This document shows, piece by piece, positions 10,301-17,238 of a DNA stretch of 46,822 nt. Made by a program: the position numbers and the translations under genes. The stretch is from a virus (Duplodnaviria > Caudoviricetes), in IMG/VR virus record IMGVR_UViG_3300032304_000877, positions 1-46,822 of that record. One strand, written 5' to 3'. The notes under the pieces were generated by a model. The model ran no database searches. It was not told the DNA's origin and worked only from the letters and a program-made list of their open reading frames with translations. How positions within the stretch are numbered: the stretch's first letter is position 1; each line of letters starts with the position of its first letter.

Positions 10301-10566
10301 CTCAAGCTGAAATACAGCAAATTCAAACTAAAGCAGATTTGACTCAACGCTATTATAATGAGTTGGTTCGCCGTGCTAAAGAAGATGGTCGTATTATGGA
10401 TCGCGCCACTCTAAATATGCTCAAGGCAAAAGCAGAAGATGCGGCTGCACGTAGCGTTCAACAACAGCCACAAGCACCACAGGCTAAGTCTACTCTTCCT
10501 GACACGCAACCCAGTGAGATACGCCGTTCAGCAAATTACAAAAATTTTGAATCTGTAAAAAAATGA
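4318..10566 (+). CDS. giant multi-module protein (2082 aa): Pol-beta-like nucleotidyltransferase, HExxH zincin-like domain, putative amidoligase (COOH-NH2 ligase), repeats and cationic modules; candidate internal-head polyprotein
   Basis: GSNAAY...SDIDLH (GS..DxD) near 4510-4560; VAHELTHAHQ near 5377; GFEAEL/GLEIVSPP/TGLHMGVS/IEFRSAGG at 6577-7830; modules joined at LDE, IRE, VSE, LGE, VAE, VDE and MDE. Confidence 0.75.
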   Translation: MNIEELDSYNLADAIKFNNQLNPVLWDKTEHLKDTVREKLLQIADEFREFLGVNDLQLTDITLSGSNAAYTYTPNSDIDLHLVVKMPDNEVYRELFDAKKYAFNEQHNITIGGYDVELYVQDADQPHISQGIYSVLNDDWVQVPRRRRAEVDDMSTRNKYEKVGLQIERAIKSGSLTRMTRMAEKIKKMRQTGLEQHGEFGPENLAFKMLRTQGKIKQLYDARNRAKDQELSLDERRKSKKKKRVKYGFGGYWYPGTGYAGQDTAAAQDSGGGDGGGESIREDVAPSDEEILKDFVKFCVAELKIESMPTVKLRRDPQWSVVNRTFGRYINDAHLLEVAFGQRHIMDVLRTVAHELTHAHQHERETVPNDAGETGSPYENEANARAGVLMRDYGRLHPELFDAGQAENLKEEIEKVYGILGYRVVVKGEYFYIYKGDQLIYRSVAPRTYTYDQLVNQVKRAISVTGSTVKNPAAISNPKSGLEDAYKKLIQIITYRVDRNLNVTPETIKKEVEKIAGDYQVPEKNLREKWAQTKISKYSNYQRSKYTRTPELFAAFEQITKYFQDQSRSQYYDKKLYNIRVAGQENQWIENKMQEFMQKHGLSVSESASGYIPTKKQAKDPRFSMALTQDIKPGQLGKEANKLNLKTDKQGIPQIAKTNGLFEELMLEFQLAKEGIDAPISKTKDQEQYYKFILAKHKMGRPLTRGEQDYVKMYQMYRQQKLAESVEVLDEVKMSPSALQKWAKSPEAQGIRAGFEAELIFRDTNSGDDDDSDMEPDYDMDERCRSISQVVEFFQNDDYGYGLSERQADRLQEGLDEQYMEWMDEQMYSSWRDERDELIKESWLREKPMSERVHAFLVDGMELSDEEADRIQAVGDKAPKFNTSKEQAAYAEENPDYATYLEATEGAEEILQEDVEQTIEKEDGFYDEVLDEFRENFYIDDDSNFFSDVGLRWMSDISSEYDLGWPYLTGGAGNGGSRDWESIGDSLNAAIDMPVKVSSNYHSTPRKEGTWIVEPDSSLSADDREDFGLEIVSPPMPLEQALEKLQQVTDWANNPSEGNCYTNQSTGLHMGVSVPFKGGDVDYLKLILFLGDEYVLQSFGREANTYTKSAMSKFRENIKGGRADPMGAIKLMQHGLLELAYKEIQKSVGEGKYTSAHIQKGYIEFRSAGGDWLAEESADPEKLSSTMLRYARAMQIAASPGEERREYAKKLYKLVAPEGDSQLALFSQYAAGELTAEQLKKRWAEKTIGTEKKMNQRFRLYQNVDGRWEPVPGAEWNGYPESEVKMRVWAKYGREALDSGEYQLVNMGEQDWEVYDVKTGATLEIVKGKSKGEVADAVYDKYVDQGIGFNVRPYQDPATMTPRAKLAKRIAQTKKPTDYNYDIIDRRTVELKVVDRFYATDVKDASETFDRWLKMKGLPQDEDAYGYRKGQPQQAVKDIAPDVAQNFAGDYSAFERNSDRIDAIRARQDATDIPRNWEFVDRITGQVVHSMANASYNQANVVQTNLEQNNPNADIYLRSVERPELGEAIDAISGAGARAPVAAPKLKTQPPVKPIDPAVKLDVKKSQSDPYAQTYKKPVTETLPAKNLNQLYSIKKQLANPALATVEPAASENPVPAKTTQPRVHAALTDLQRQRDKVQRLINLKQEIETLTARAGRTRYGITPGLAADIEDLYPDPQTETDMDAAIQGYEIQRKKLADYIARQRKIFPKEDVAEGQHQHTEIIKWPVGDWIVYLDNHSVIRAMTRNIGPRMMSNLLNMVSTIPNLEDKVPRNGAFWIQDIKTNSSFYFRRLDIPSEPLAVRCETGVQDVPRANKNTPVFRVNAYTGPETPKDIQGMKQAKLRSKFVGANVMASNLAANIQKGHLGSDDVIRNPATQDSKRYDRAFKQAQQMDKEVDENFADGKVKGKSRPGRVKRAGASCDGSVTDLRRKAKNASGEKAKMYHWCANMKSGKKNESEMDEGWKQNVAAGVLGAGVALGGGTAQADTDVFHKKLTQAEIQQIQTKADLTQRYYNELVRRAKEDGRIMDRATLNMLKAKAEDAAARSVQQQPQAPQAKSTLPDTQPSEIRRSANYKNFESVKK

Positions 10567-11279
10567 GAGCTACAGAATTCCTAATTGAACGTTGGAACAA
10601 AAAAACTGTGATGAACTATTTTGATCACAAACAAGATCTTGAATTCAAAAACAGTGACGTCCAAGTCAGCAAGCCATTTGATGGCTGTGTGCTATTACGA
10701 TATCAAAGTGTGCCCGATGTGGCCCGTAGTTTTTTCCGTGTAGCCGAATACTACGACGGCAAACATTATGGCGGACGATCAAGACAAGTTAGTCTAACGG
10801 ATTTTTTAGATAACTGGATGGATCGTGCGGGCCGTGTGGACTATTTTAAATTTTGGGACGGATTTAACATTCCAGATCATGGATTCAAGGCCTGGAAAAA
10901 ATCTGCAGGTGCCTTGTCCGACGCTGAACAGGTCATGGTGGATGCAGTAAACAAGGCTGCCAAAGGTCTGGGTAAATATTGTGTGATTGGTGTAGGAGGC
11001 AATGACTCGGCCACTTTGAGACACGAAATGTTTCATGCCCGGTATTATTTGGACAGTGCATTCAAGAGCCAAGCCGATGCCTTGATACAAGCACACAAAA
11101 ATGATCCTGCATTCAAAGCTATTACGCAAACGCTGATCAAGAAACTGGACTATGTAAATCATGTGGATGAAGAAGTAGCAGCCTACCTTTACACAGGATC
11201 ACAGATGAAATTGGTGTTTGGAACCGAAGCCAAAGAACTAGTAGCACTATTCAAGGAGTTAGACAAAAATGAGATCTGA
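10563..11279 (+). CDS. HExxH zincin-like protein with capsid-targeting-like N-terminus
   Basis: Starts MRATEFLIE; LRHEMFHARY followed by a downstream DEEVAAY glutamate motif. Confidence 0.65.
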   Translation: MRATEFLIERWNKKTVMNYFDHKQDLEFKNSDVQVSKPFDGCVLLRYQSVPDVARSFFRVAEYYDGKHYGGRSRQVSLTDFLDNWMDRAGRVDYFKFWDGFNIPDHGFKAWKKSAGALSDAEQVMVDAVNKAAKGLGKYCVIGVGGNDSATLRHEMFHARYYLDSAFKSQADALIQAHKNDPAFKAITQTLIKKLDYVNHVDEEVAAYLYTGSQMKLVFGTEAKELVALFKELDKNEI

Positions 11280-12552
11280 TGAATTTATTTCAGAAAATTT
11301 AAAGCAGTGGTTCAAAGACAAATGGGTACGCTTTGGACCTGATGGCAAGATCCGTGGAGACTGTGCAAGAGGATCCAAAGGCGAAGGCAAACCCAAATGC
11401 TTGCCACAATCAAAAGCACAGGCCTTGGGCAAAAAAGGTCGTGCCAGCGCTGCGGCCAAAAAGCGTAGAGAAGATCCCAATCCTGAACGTCGTGGCCCTG
11501 CCAAGAATGTAGCTACCAAGGTAAAAGAATCACGCGGTGGAAATTATGATCAAATGGGTTACAGAAAATCTAACACTGATCGATATGCTTTGCTGGATAG
11601 GACTCTGGATGCTGTTATTATGACCGGCAACAACTTGTCCAATCTCAAACAAGAAGCTGTAGAGTGGGCTGAATATGATGACATAGTTACACAAGTCATG
11701 GATCAAACTACAGGCAAGCAGATATTTGCAGTCAACGGATACGAGGAAGCTATGAACTACCTAGATGAAGCCTGCTGGAAAGGCTATCACAAAGAAGGCA
11801 TGAAAACCATGTTTGGCAAACGCTATCCCAACTGTGTCAAAAACAAAAACGAAAGTTTAGAAGTGTATGTTGATCGTGGTGAATGTCCGGGCTGTGGCGG
11901 TGTCATGGTTGCCGAAGACCAAATTGCAGAAAAACAAGATGCCTGCTATCACAAGGTCAAGAGTCGTTACAAGGTCTGGCCCAGTGCTTACGCATCGGGT
12001 GCGCTTGTTCAATGCCGTAAGAAAGGTGCTGCCAACTGGGGCAACAAATCAAAAAACGAAAGTCAGGAGAATATGATGGATGAACTAGATAGAATTTTAG
12101 AACTCAGTACCGGCATGAGTGCTGGTGAGCGAGCAGAATTAGCAGAAGAGTTTGATCTTATTGAGTCAAACATCGATATGCTTGCTGAACGCAATGGGGT
12201 AGATGCAGAAGCAATCTGGGAAGATTTAGAAAGTCTTAGTGATGATGAACTGTATGTGTTTGCGGTCACACAACCTGTGATGGAAGATTGGCAAAAGGCC
12301 AACAAGAAAGACCGTACAGCTGGCATGAGTCAAAAAGCTGTGAATGCTTATCGCAGAGAGAACCCAGGTTCAAAACTAAAAACTGCTGTGACTACCAAGC
12401 CTTCAAAGTTAAAGAAGGGTAGTAAGGCGTCAAAGCGTAGAAAGAGCTACTGTTCACGCAGTCGTGGGCAAATGAAGATGCATAACATTAGCTGTGCCAA
12501 GACTCCAGACAAGGCAATCTGTGCCGCACGCCGTCGTTGGAACTGTGAATGA
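11269..12552 (+). CDS. modular protein made of small basic Cys-containing domains; candidate internal-head polyprotein
   Basis: Starts MRSDEFISE; modules begin after ISE, VKE, LDE, IAE and VME; contains CPGCGG. Confidence 0.7.
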   Translation: MRSDEFISENLKQWFKDKWVRFGPDGKIRGDCARGSKGEGKPKCLPQSKAQALGKKGRASAAAKKRREDPNPERRGPAKNVATKVKESRGGNYDQMGYRKSNTDRYALLDRTLDAVIMTGNNLSNLKQEAVEWAEYDDIVTQVMDQTTGKQIFAVNGYEEAMNYLDEACWKGYHKEGMKTMFGKRYPNCVKNKNESLEVYVDRGECPGCGGVMVAEDQIAEKQDACYHKVKSRYKVWPSAYASGALVQCRKKGAANWGNKSKNESQENMMDELDRILELSTGMSAGERAELAEEFDLIESNIDMLAERNGVDAEAIWEDLESLSDDELYVFAVTQPVMEDWQKANKKDRTAGMSQKAVNAYRRENPGSKLKTAVTTKPSKLKKGSKASKRRKSYCSRSRGQMKMHNISCAKTPDKAICAARRRWNCE

Positions 12553-13274
12553 GATTTAAAGAATTTATTCTCGAAACAGCTGCACTTGATCCTACTCTGG
12601 AACAGCAACAGGAGATGGCCAAATTGTATGCGTTGGGAATATCTCCTGTTGAAATAGGCAAAAAATTTGGAGTGGTTGATCGCACCATATGGAAGTATTT
12701 GTCAAGACTTCCTAATTATCGTCAACTAAGACAACAATTTATGCAAGCTCGGCAGAGTCAAGGGCTCAGTTTTGGATATAAAGGAACTACGCCAGAGCAG
12801 ATTCAGCAAATAATTAAGATGTTTGCCGCTGGTCAAACCATGAATAAAATAGCACAACAGTTCCAATTAACTCCAGCAACTGTTCATGAGCACTTACATA
12901 ACTTATCTAATTTTGCTGAGTTGAAACAACAACATTTACAATCAAGAAAAGACCAAGGATTGCGAGATTATAGTGCAGATAGATCAAGAAAAGGCATCAC
13001 GCCTGAACAAGTGCAACAGATGGCTGGTCTTTGGGCTCAAGGAAACTCGTTAGAACAGGTAGGAGCCCGTTTTGGAATAGGTGTCAGCTCGACTAGACAA
13101 CATCTTAAAAAATTACCTAATTGGACCGATCTATATCAACAAAATCGTGATAACAGACTAAAAAAAACTGGAGGGCGGCAGGTCAATACTAGAAAGATGA
13201 TCAGCAAACCGATGTCACAAGGCAACCAAGCTATACGCACTACAGGTCCGGCCAGTGGTGGGAGATTTGAATGA
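12549..13274 (+). CDS. protein with three tandem helix-turn-helix repeats
   Basis: Starts MRFKEFILE; three roughly 55-60-aa repeats of the type PEQ.QQM..L.A.G.S..EI...FG.....HL..LPN. Confidence 0.75.
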   Translation: MRFKEFILETAALDPTLEQQQEMAKLYALGISPVEIGKKFGVVDRTIWKYLSRLPNYRQLRQQFMQARQSQGLSFGYKGTTPEQIQQIIKMFAAGQTMNKIAQQFQLTPATVHEHLHNLSNFAELKQQHLQSRKDQGLRDYSADRSRKGITPEQVQQMAGLWAQGNSLEQVGARFGIGVSSTRQHLKKLPNWTDLYQQNRDNRLKKTGGRQVNTRKMISKPMSQGNQAIRTTGPASGGRFE

Positions 13275-14692
13275 GATTAAGAGAATTTGCACCCAGTCCA
13301 GATCGTGACGACAACGATGACATTCCAGATCAGTTGGTAGTTCTGGCCAATCGTTGGTGGAATGCCACGGACCGGCAGCCGCAAATTGAACATGTGCTAA
13401 ACAGTCTGGGGTGGAGCATACATCAAGTTGAAAGTGAAGATGATGCTGTGCAACTACAACACCGTGACGGCACTACCTACTTTATCAGTGCCGACGATTT
13501 TGATCCTGATTTATTTGAAGCTATTGAAACAGTGCGAGCACATCGCGGTGGGTTAGATTTAGAAGCAAGATCAGACGAAAAGGGCATTAGCATATATGCC
13601 CATGATGCCGGCGGTAGACAAATAGCCTTTGCACATTTTGATCGCACAGGGCAAACCATAACAGGTTTTGACACGTCAGTTCGTCCCGAAGCTCGGGGTC
13701 AGGGCATTGCCGCAGTCATGTATGATTGGGCCAAAGAGTTAGGTCATCGAGTGGTACGTAGTAAAGATTTGACAGATGCTGGCCGATACTTTTGGCAAAA
13801 GAATCGCGGGCAGAAACGTGTATGGGAAGACCATGTAAACGAAATAAGCGATGAGTTACGTCGTAACTATCTTGACCGTGCTGGCAAGGTTGTTGATCGT
13901 CGTATGGATCACATGGCCCGTGTGCGTGACCGTCTCAACAAGGGTTATGAAATTTATCATGCTGATCGTCCTGCAAGATCCGCACAGATAGTAGATCGCT
14001 TTGAAGCTGATACTCCTGCTCTCGCACGACAGTATTATGAACGGTTTATCACTCGTTACAATTCAGACGTAGACTTTGATTTGAGACTGCGTAAGGCTAC
14101 CGGCATAATGGAAATAGCCCGGATACCACAGGGTGACTTTGGTGACAAAGACACACTTGCACCCATGGCCACCCGTCCTAAAACTCGACCCTTGCCGGGT
14201 GGCAGTCGATTCTCTTATGCTGTAAATCGAAAAGATCCTGAGTTTATGGAAATCATGATCTTTGATGGTGATGCCTTGGTGGCTGAACTGGATCTTGGCG
14301 CCACACTAGACCCACTCAAAACCTGGCGTGTAGAAACTGTAGCCACTGACCCAGACTATCGCGGTCAAGGGTTAGGAAAAGCCCTGTATGGTATTGCTCT
14401 TACTGTGCTGGGACTTACACTTGAAACCGGCGCAACCCAGACAAAACACGGTCAAGCCATGTGGCTCATGTTGAATTCCATACCCGGAGTAGAAGTCATG
14501 GGCTATGCCATGGCGCCCACCGAAGAATATCGCCCTAAGCCCGGTGATCAAGTTGTAGATCAAAATGACCGTTGGACCCGTTATACATTCCCTGTAGAAC
14601 CTGGTCGTCGTAGTATGCGTAGTACACGTCGGGGCACTGGCATCTATTCCAGCCAACATGTCAGCATGATAGCACGGTGGACCAGATCATGA
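13271..14692 (+). CDS. multi-module protein with two GNAT acetyltransferase domains
   Basis: Starts MRLREF; acetyl-CoA motifs VRPEARGQGIA and TDPDYRGQGLGKALY, each followed by T..G...W. Confidence 0.8.
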   Translation: MRLREFAPSPDRDDNDDIPDQLVVLANRWWNATDRQPQIEHVLNSLGWSIHQVESEDDAVQLQHRDGTTYFISADDFDPDLFEAIETVRAHRGGLDLEARSDEKGISIYAHDAGGRQIAFAHFDRTGQTITGFDTSVRPEARGQGIAAVMYDWAKELGHRVVRSKDLTDAGRYFWQKNRGQKRVWEDHVNEISDELRRNYLDRAGKVVDRRMDHMARVRDRLNKGYEIYHADRPARSAQIVDRFEADTPALARQYYERFITRYNSDVDFDLRLRKATGIMEIARIPQGDFGDKDTLAPMATRPKTRPLPGGSRFSYAVNRKDPEFMEIMIFDGDALVAELDLGATLDPLKTWRVETVATDPDYRGQGLGKALYGIALTVLGLTLETGATQTKHGQAMWLMLNSIPGVEVMGYAMAPTEEYRPKPGDQVVDQNDRWTRYTFPVEPGRRSMRSTRRGTGIYSSQHVSMIARWTRS

Positions 14693-14877
14693 AAGCCAAA
14701 GAAATATACCCAAAATATAAACTCTGGACAGCACCTGTGCGTATACAGCAACCCAACTATGTGGGCTATATAGATGTCACTGTGACAGCGGCCAACATGC
14801 AAGATGCCCGTAGATTGATGCGAGCCCAGTACGGCGTTGAAGACTGGCACATTGGATCTACCAAGGAACTCAAATGA
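14689..14877 (+). CDS. small hypothetical protein (start revised to ATG 14689, MKAKEIYP)
   Basis: ATGA overlaps at both ends. Confidence 0.7.
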   Translation: MKAKEIYPKYKLWTAPVRIQQPNYVGYIDVTVTAANMQDARRLMRAQYGVEDWHIGSTKELK

Positions 14878-15599
14878 GTATTGTAGTATCGGGTGGCAGT
14901 GTCAGCACCGATGGTGATTACACTGTGAGAACTTTTACCAGTTCTGGAACTTTGACAGTTTCTGGTGGCACACTAACAGACGTTCAATATCTACTCATTG
15001 CTGGTGGTAGCCGTGCAGGCGTTCCTATTGGCACCTATGTGGCTGGTGGTGGTGCGGGTGGTGTGCTAACAGGTAATGTTACTATAGCTTCCGGCACATA
15101 TCCGGTAATAGTTGGTGCGGTGAGCAATAACAGCTCATTCCTAAACATGGTGGCCAATGGCGGCGGATATGGTAGTAACTGGGGCAATGGTCAAGCGGGC
15201 GGATCAGGCGGTGGCGGTGGAGTTACCGGCACTGTGCATCGTAATTTCCAAAATTTTGTTGGTGGAAACGGCATACCCGGGCAAGGCTATCCAGGAGGTG
15301 CTCCCGCTGGGGGTGGATATCCACCTTTTGGCCCCGGAGGCGGCGGTGGTGCTGGCGGACCAGGCGGCATAGGTAATATTGACGGAGTGGGCGGGCAAGG
15401 TGGGCTAGGCATAGCCAGCAACATCACAGGCACTACGACCTATTATGCGGCTGGCGGCACAGGTCGCGGGCCCAAAGGCATTGGTAACAACAGCCCAGGA
15501 TACACCAGTTACGGTGCAGGCGGCGGGTACGTCAATACTGGCGGAACATTGTTACCACCACAGCCCGGTGTATTAATTATCAGATACAGTACACCCTAA
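14874..15599 (+). CDS. glycine-rich domain protein (virion/fibre-associated type)
   Basis: TFTSSGT, GGGAGG, YAAGG and GVLIIRY motifs typical of phage glycine-rich domains; locally high GC. Confidence 0.7.
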   Translation: MSIVVSGGSVSTDGDYTVRTFTSSGTLTVSGGTLTDVQYLLIAGGSRAGVPIGTYVAGGGAGGVLTGNVTIASGTYPVIVGAVSNNSSFLNMVANGGGYGSNWGNGQAGGSGGGGGVTGTVHRNFQNFVGGNGIPGQGYPGGAPAGGGYPPFGPGGGGGAGGPGGIGNIDGVGGQGGLGIASNITGTTTYYAAGGTGRGPKGIGNNSPGYTSYGAGGGYVNTGGTLLPPQPGVLIIRYSTP

Positions 15600-15622
15600 A
15601 ACATCAACAAATAATATACCGC

Positions 15623-15628
15623 TAAATA
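15623..15628 (+). promoter_or_regulatory. late promoter core TAAATA
   Basis: 4 nt upstream of ATG 15633; no SD. Confidence 0.45.
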
Positions 15629-15632
15629 CAGT

Positions 15633-15926
15633 ATGACCAAACAGTTCGTACGAGTGTTAGCAGATGTTGATTGCGAGTGGGAAGGATTATCCCCCACGTA
15701 TCGCTTGTATCTTAATGACGAACTATTTGCTGAACGTACCTGGCGCTGGACTGATGCTAGACTTGAAGAAATGATGCAAGTTGAAGCTGAGCCCGGTGAA
15801 TATTGCATTCGTTTTGAATTGGTTCCACCACATTTGGCACAGTTACAAGTGACCAATGTCAGGGTTGATTATGGCCCAGGAACAGTGGAAAATAACGTAT
15901 TAAGGATCCGCAATGAGACTGAGTGA
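15633..15926 (+). CDS. hypothetical protein (97 aa)
   Basis: ORF after a TAAATA core; overlaps the next gene. Confidence 0.7.
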   Translation: MTKQFVRVLADVDCEWEGLSPTYRLYLNDELFAERTWRWTDARLEEMMQVEAEPGEYCIRFELVPPHLAQLQVTNVRVDYGPGTVENNVLRIRNETE

Positions 15927-16119
15927 ATTTGTTGAGTTAAAAGAAGATGGCGGTGCCAGTAGTGGTACTACTACGAGTGGTAGTATAGCGCCTGTAGCTA
16001 TGCCCTTAGGCGGCATGATCGCAAGAAATGCAGGATCTTTCTTTGCTGGTAAATACACTACGGACGATGCAACGCCTAACACGCCTGCAGAGTACAAAAA
16101 ATATAAACGGAAGAAATAA
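15913..16119 (+). CDS. small protein with capsid-targeting-like N-terminus
   Basis: MRLSEFVELKE followed by DGGASSGTTTSGSIA; basic C-terminus. Confidence 0.7.
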   Translation: MRLSEFVELKEDGGASSGTTTSGSIAPVAMPLGGMIARNAGSFFAGKYTTDDATPNTPAEYKKYKRKK

Positions 16120-16559
16120 TGTTAGCTGATTTGTTAAAAACTTACCTTGCAAGTACATTTGCCTATTACCTAAAAGCCCACTATTTTCATTGGAATGTAG
16201 AAGGCCCAGATTTTGGTGAATTGCACAAGTTTTTATCTAAGATCTACCAAGATGCCTTTGATGCCATAGATCCTATTGCTGAATATATCCGTACTACTGA
16301 AGAATATGCCCCAGGAAGTTTTGAACGCTTCCAAGAACTAAGCCAAATACAAGGACAAACCAAAGTTCCTCGTGCCCGTTTAATGTTACAAGAATTACTC
16401 GCAGATACACAAACCATGATTGACATGAGCAAGCAAGTATTTGATGTTGCTGCCGCAGAAGGTCGTGAAGACATTGCAAATTTTGCCGCAGAACGTCAAA
16501 GTCAGCACGGCAAATATTCATGGCAATTAAAGAGTTATTTGAAAGACGCAAGGGCATGA
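16119..16559 (+). CDS. dps: Dps / ferritin-like DNA protection protein
   Basis: KAHYFHWNVEGPDFGELHKFL...D.IAEYIR and HGKYSWQL Dps signatures. Confidence 0.9.
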   Translation: MLADLLKTYLASTFAYYLKAHYFHWNVEGPDFGELHKFLSKIYQDAFDAIDPIAEYIRTTEEYAPGSFERFQELSQIQGQTKVPRARLMLQELLADTQTMIDMSKQVFDVAAAEGREDIANFAAERQSQHGKYSWQLKSYLKDARA

Positions 16560-16562
16560 TTA

Positions 16563-17228
16563 ATGGCGCACGACCATAACGACATTTATAGTATAGTTGA
16601 ACGACTGCGAATTCTTGAAGAAGGACTTGACAAGAACCAACGCAGTGTCAATCAACTTTCAGCCACTTTTAAGCCCAAGACAGTAGCAGTGCTCACGGCC
16701 AAAACTGATCCTAAGAATCCCTTGGCAGGTAAACTGGTTGGTGGTTCAGAAAGCGTAGAACATGATGAAACTGCTGTGGCCGAAGATGTGCTAGACAAAG
16801 TCAAAAAGTCATTTGCTGATTATCTAAGTAACATAGCAGATGAAATCAAACAAGACACTGATCTCAAAGACAAAACAACTGGAGACTCAGATATCAAAGA
16901 AAAAAACAAGCAAGATAGAGATCTTGTTTCCAAAAAAAATGAAGACACTGAAATTGGCGCAGCTCTAAGTGGCGTTATTCCTGCAGAGCAACCTGCCGGT
17001 GAAGAAGGTGTTAGCATGAAAGAAACAGCCGCAGTCAAAACTGTCGCAAACAAATCAGGCCTATGGGAAGTACACGGTGATGATGTAGCTGGATTTGAAA
17101 TACGACATGGCAACCGTGCCATGAAATCAAAATTTAAAACTATAGACGAAGCTGAAATGGCTTTGGAGATATTCAACCGTCGTCAACTTCGTCGTGACGA
17201 AGCAGCGGATTACATTGACGAAGCTTAA
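16563..17228 (+). CDS. acidic modular hypothetical protein, candidate internal-head protein
   Basis: Junctions ILEE|G, VAE|D, MKE|T; ends in DYIDEA. Confidence 0.65.
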   Translation: MAHDHNDIYSIVERLRILEEGLDKNQRSVNQLSATFKPKTVAVLTAKTDPKNPLAGKLVGGSESVEHDETAVAEDVLDKVKKSFADYLSNIADEIKQDTDLKDKTTGDSDIKEKNKQDRDLVSKKNEDTEIGAALSGVIPAEQPAGEEGVSMKETAAVKTVANKSGLWEVHGDDVAGFEIRHGNRAMKSKFKTIDEAEMALEIFNRRQLRRDEAADYIDEA

Positions 17229-17238
17229 GGAAAAATAA

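Noticed and set aside
14874-15599. High-GC island as horizontally acquired DNA
   Set aside because: The GC rise is explained by glycine codons.
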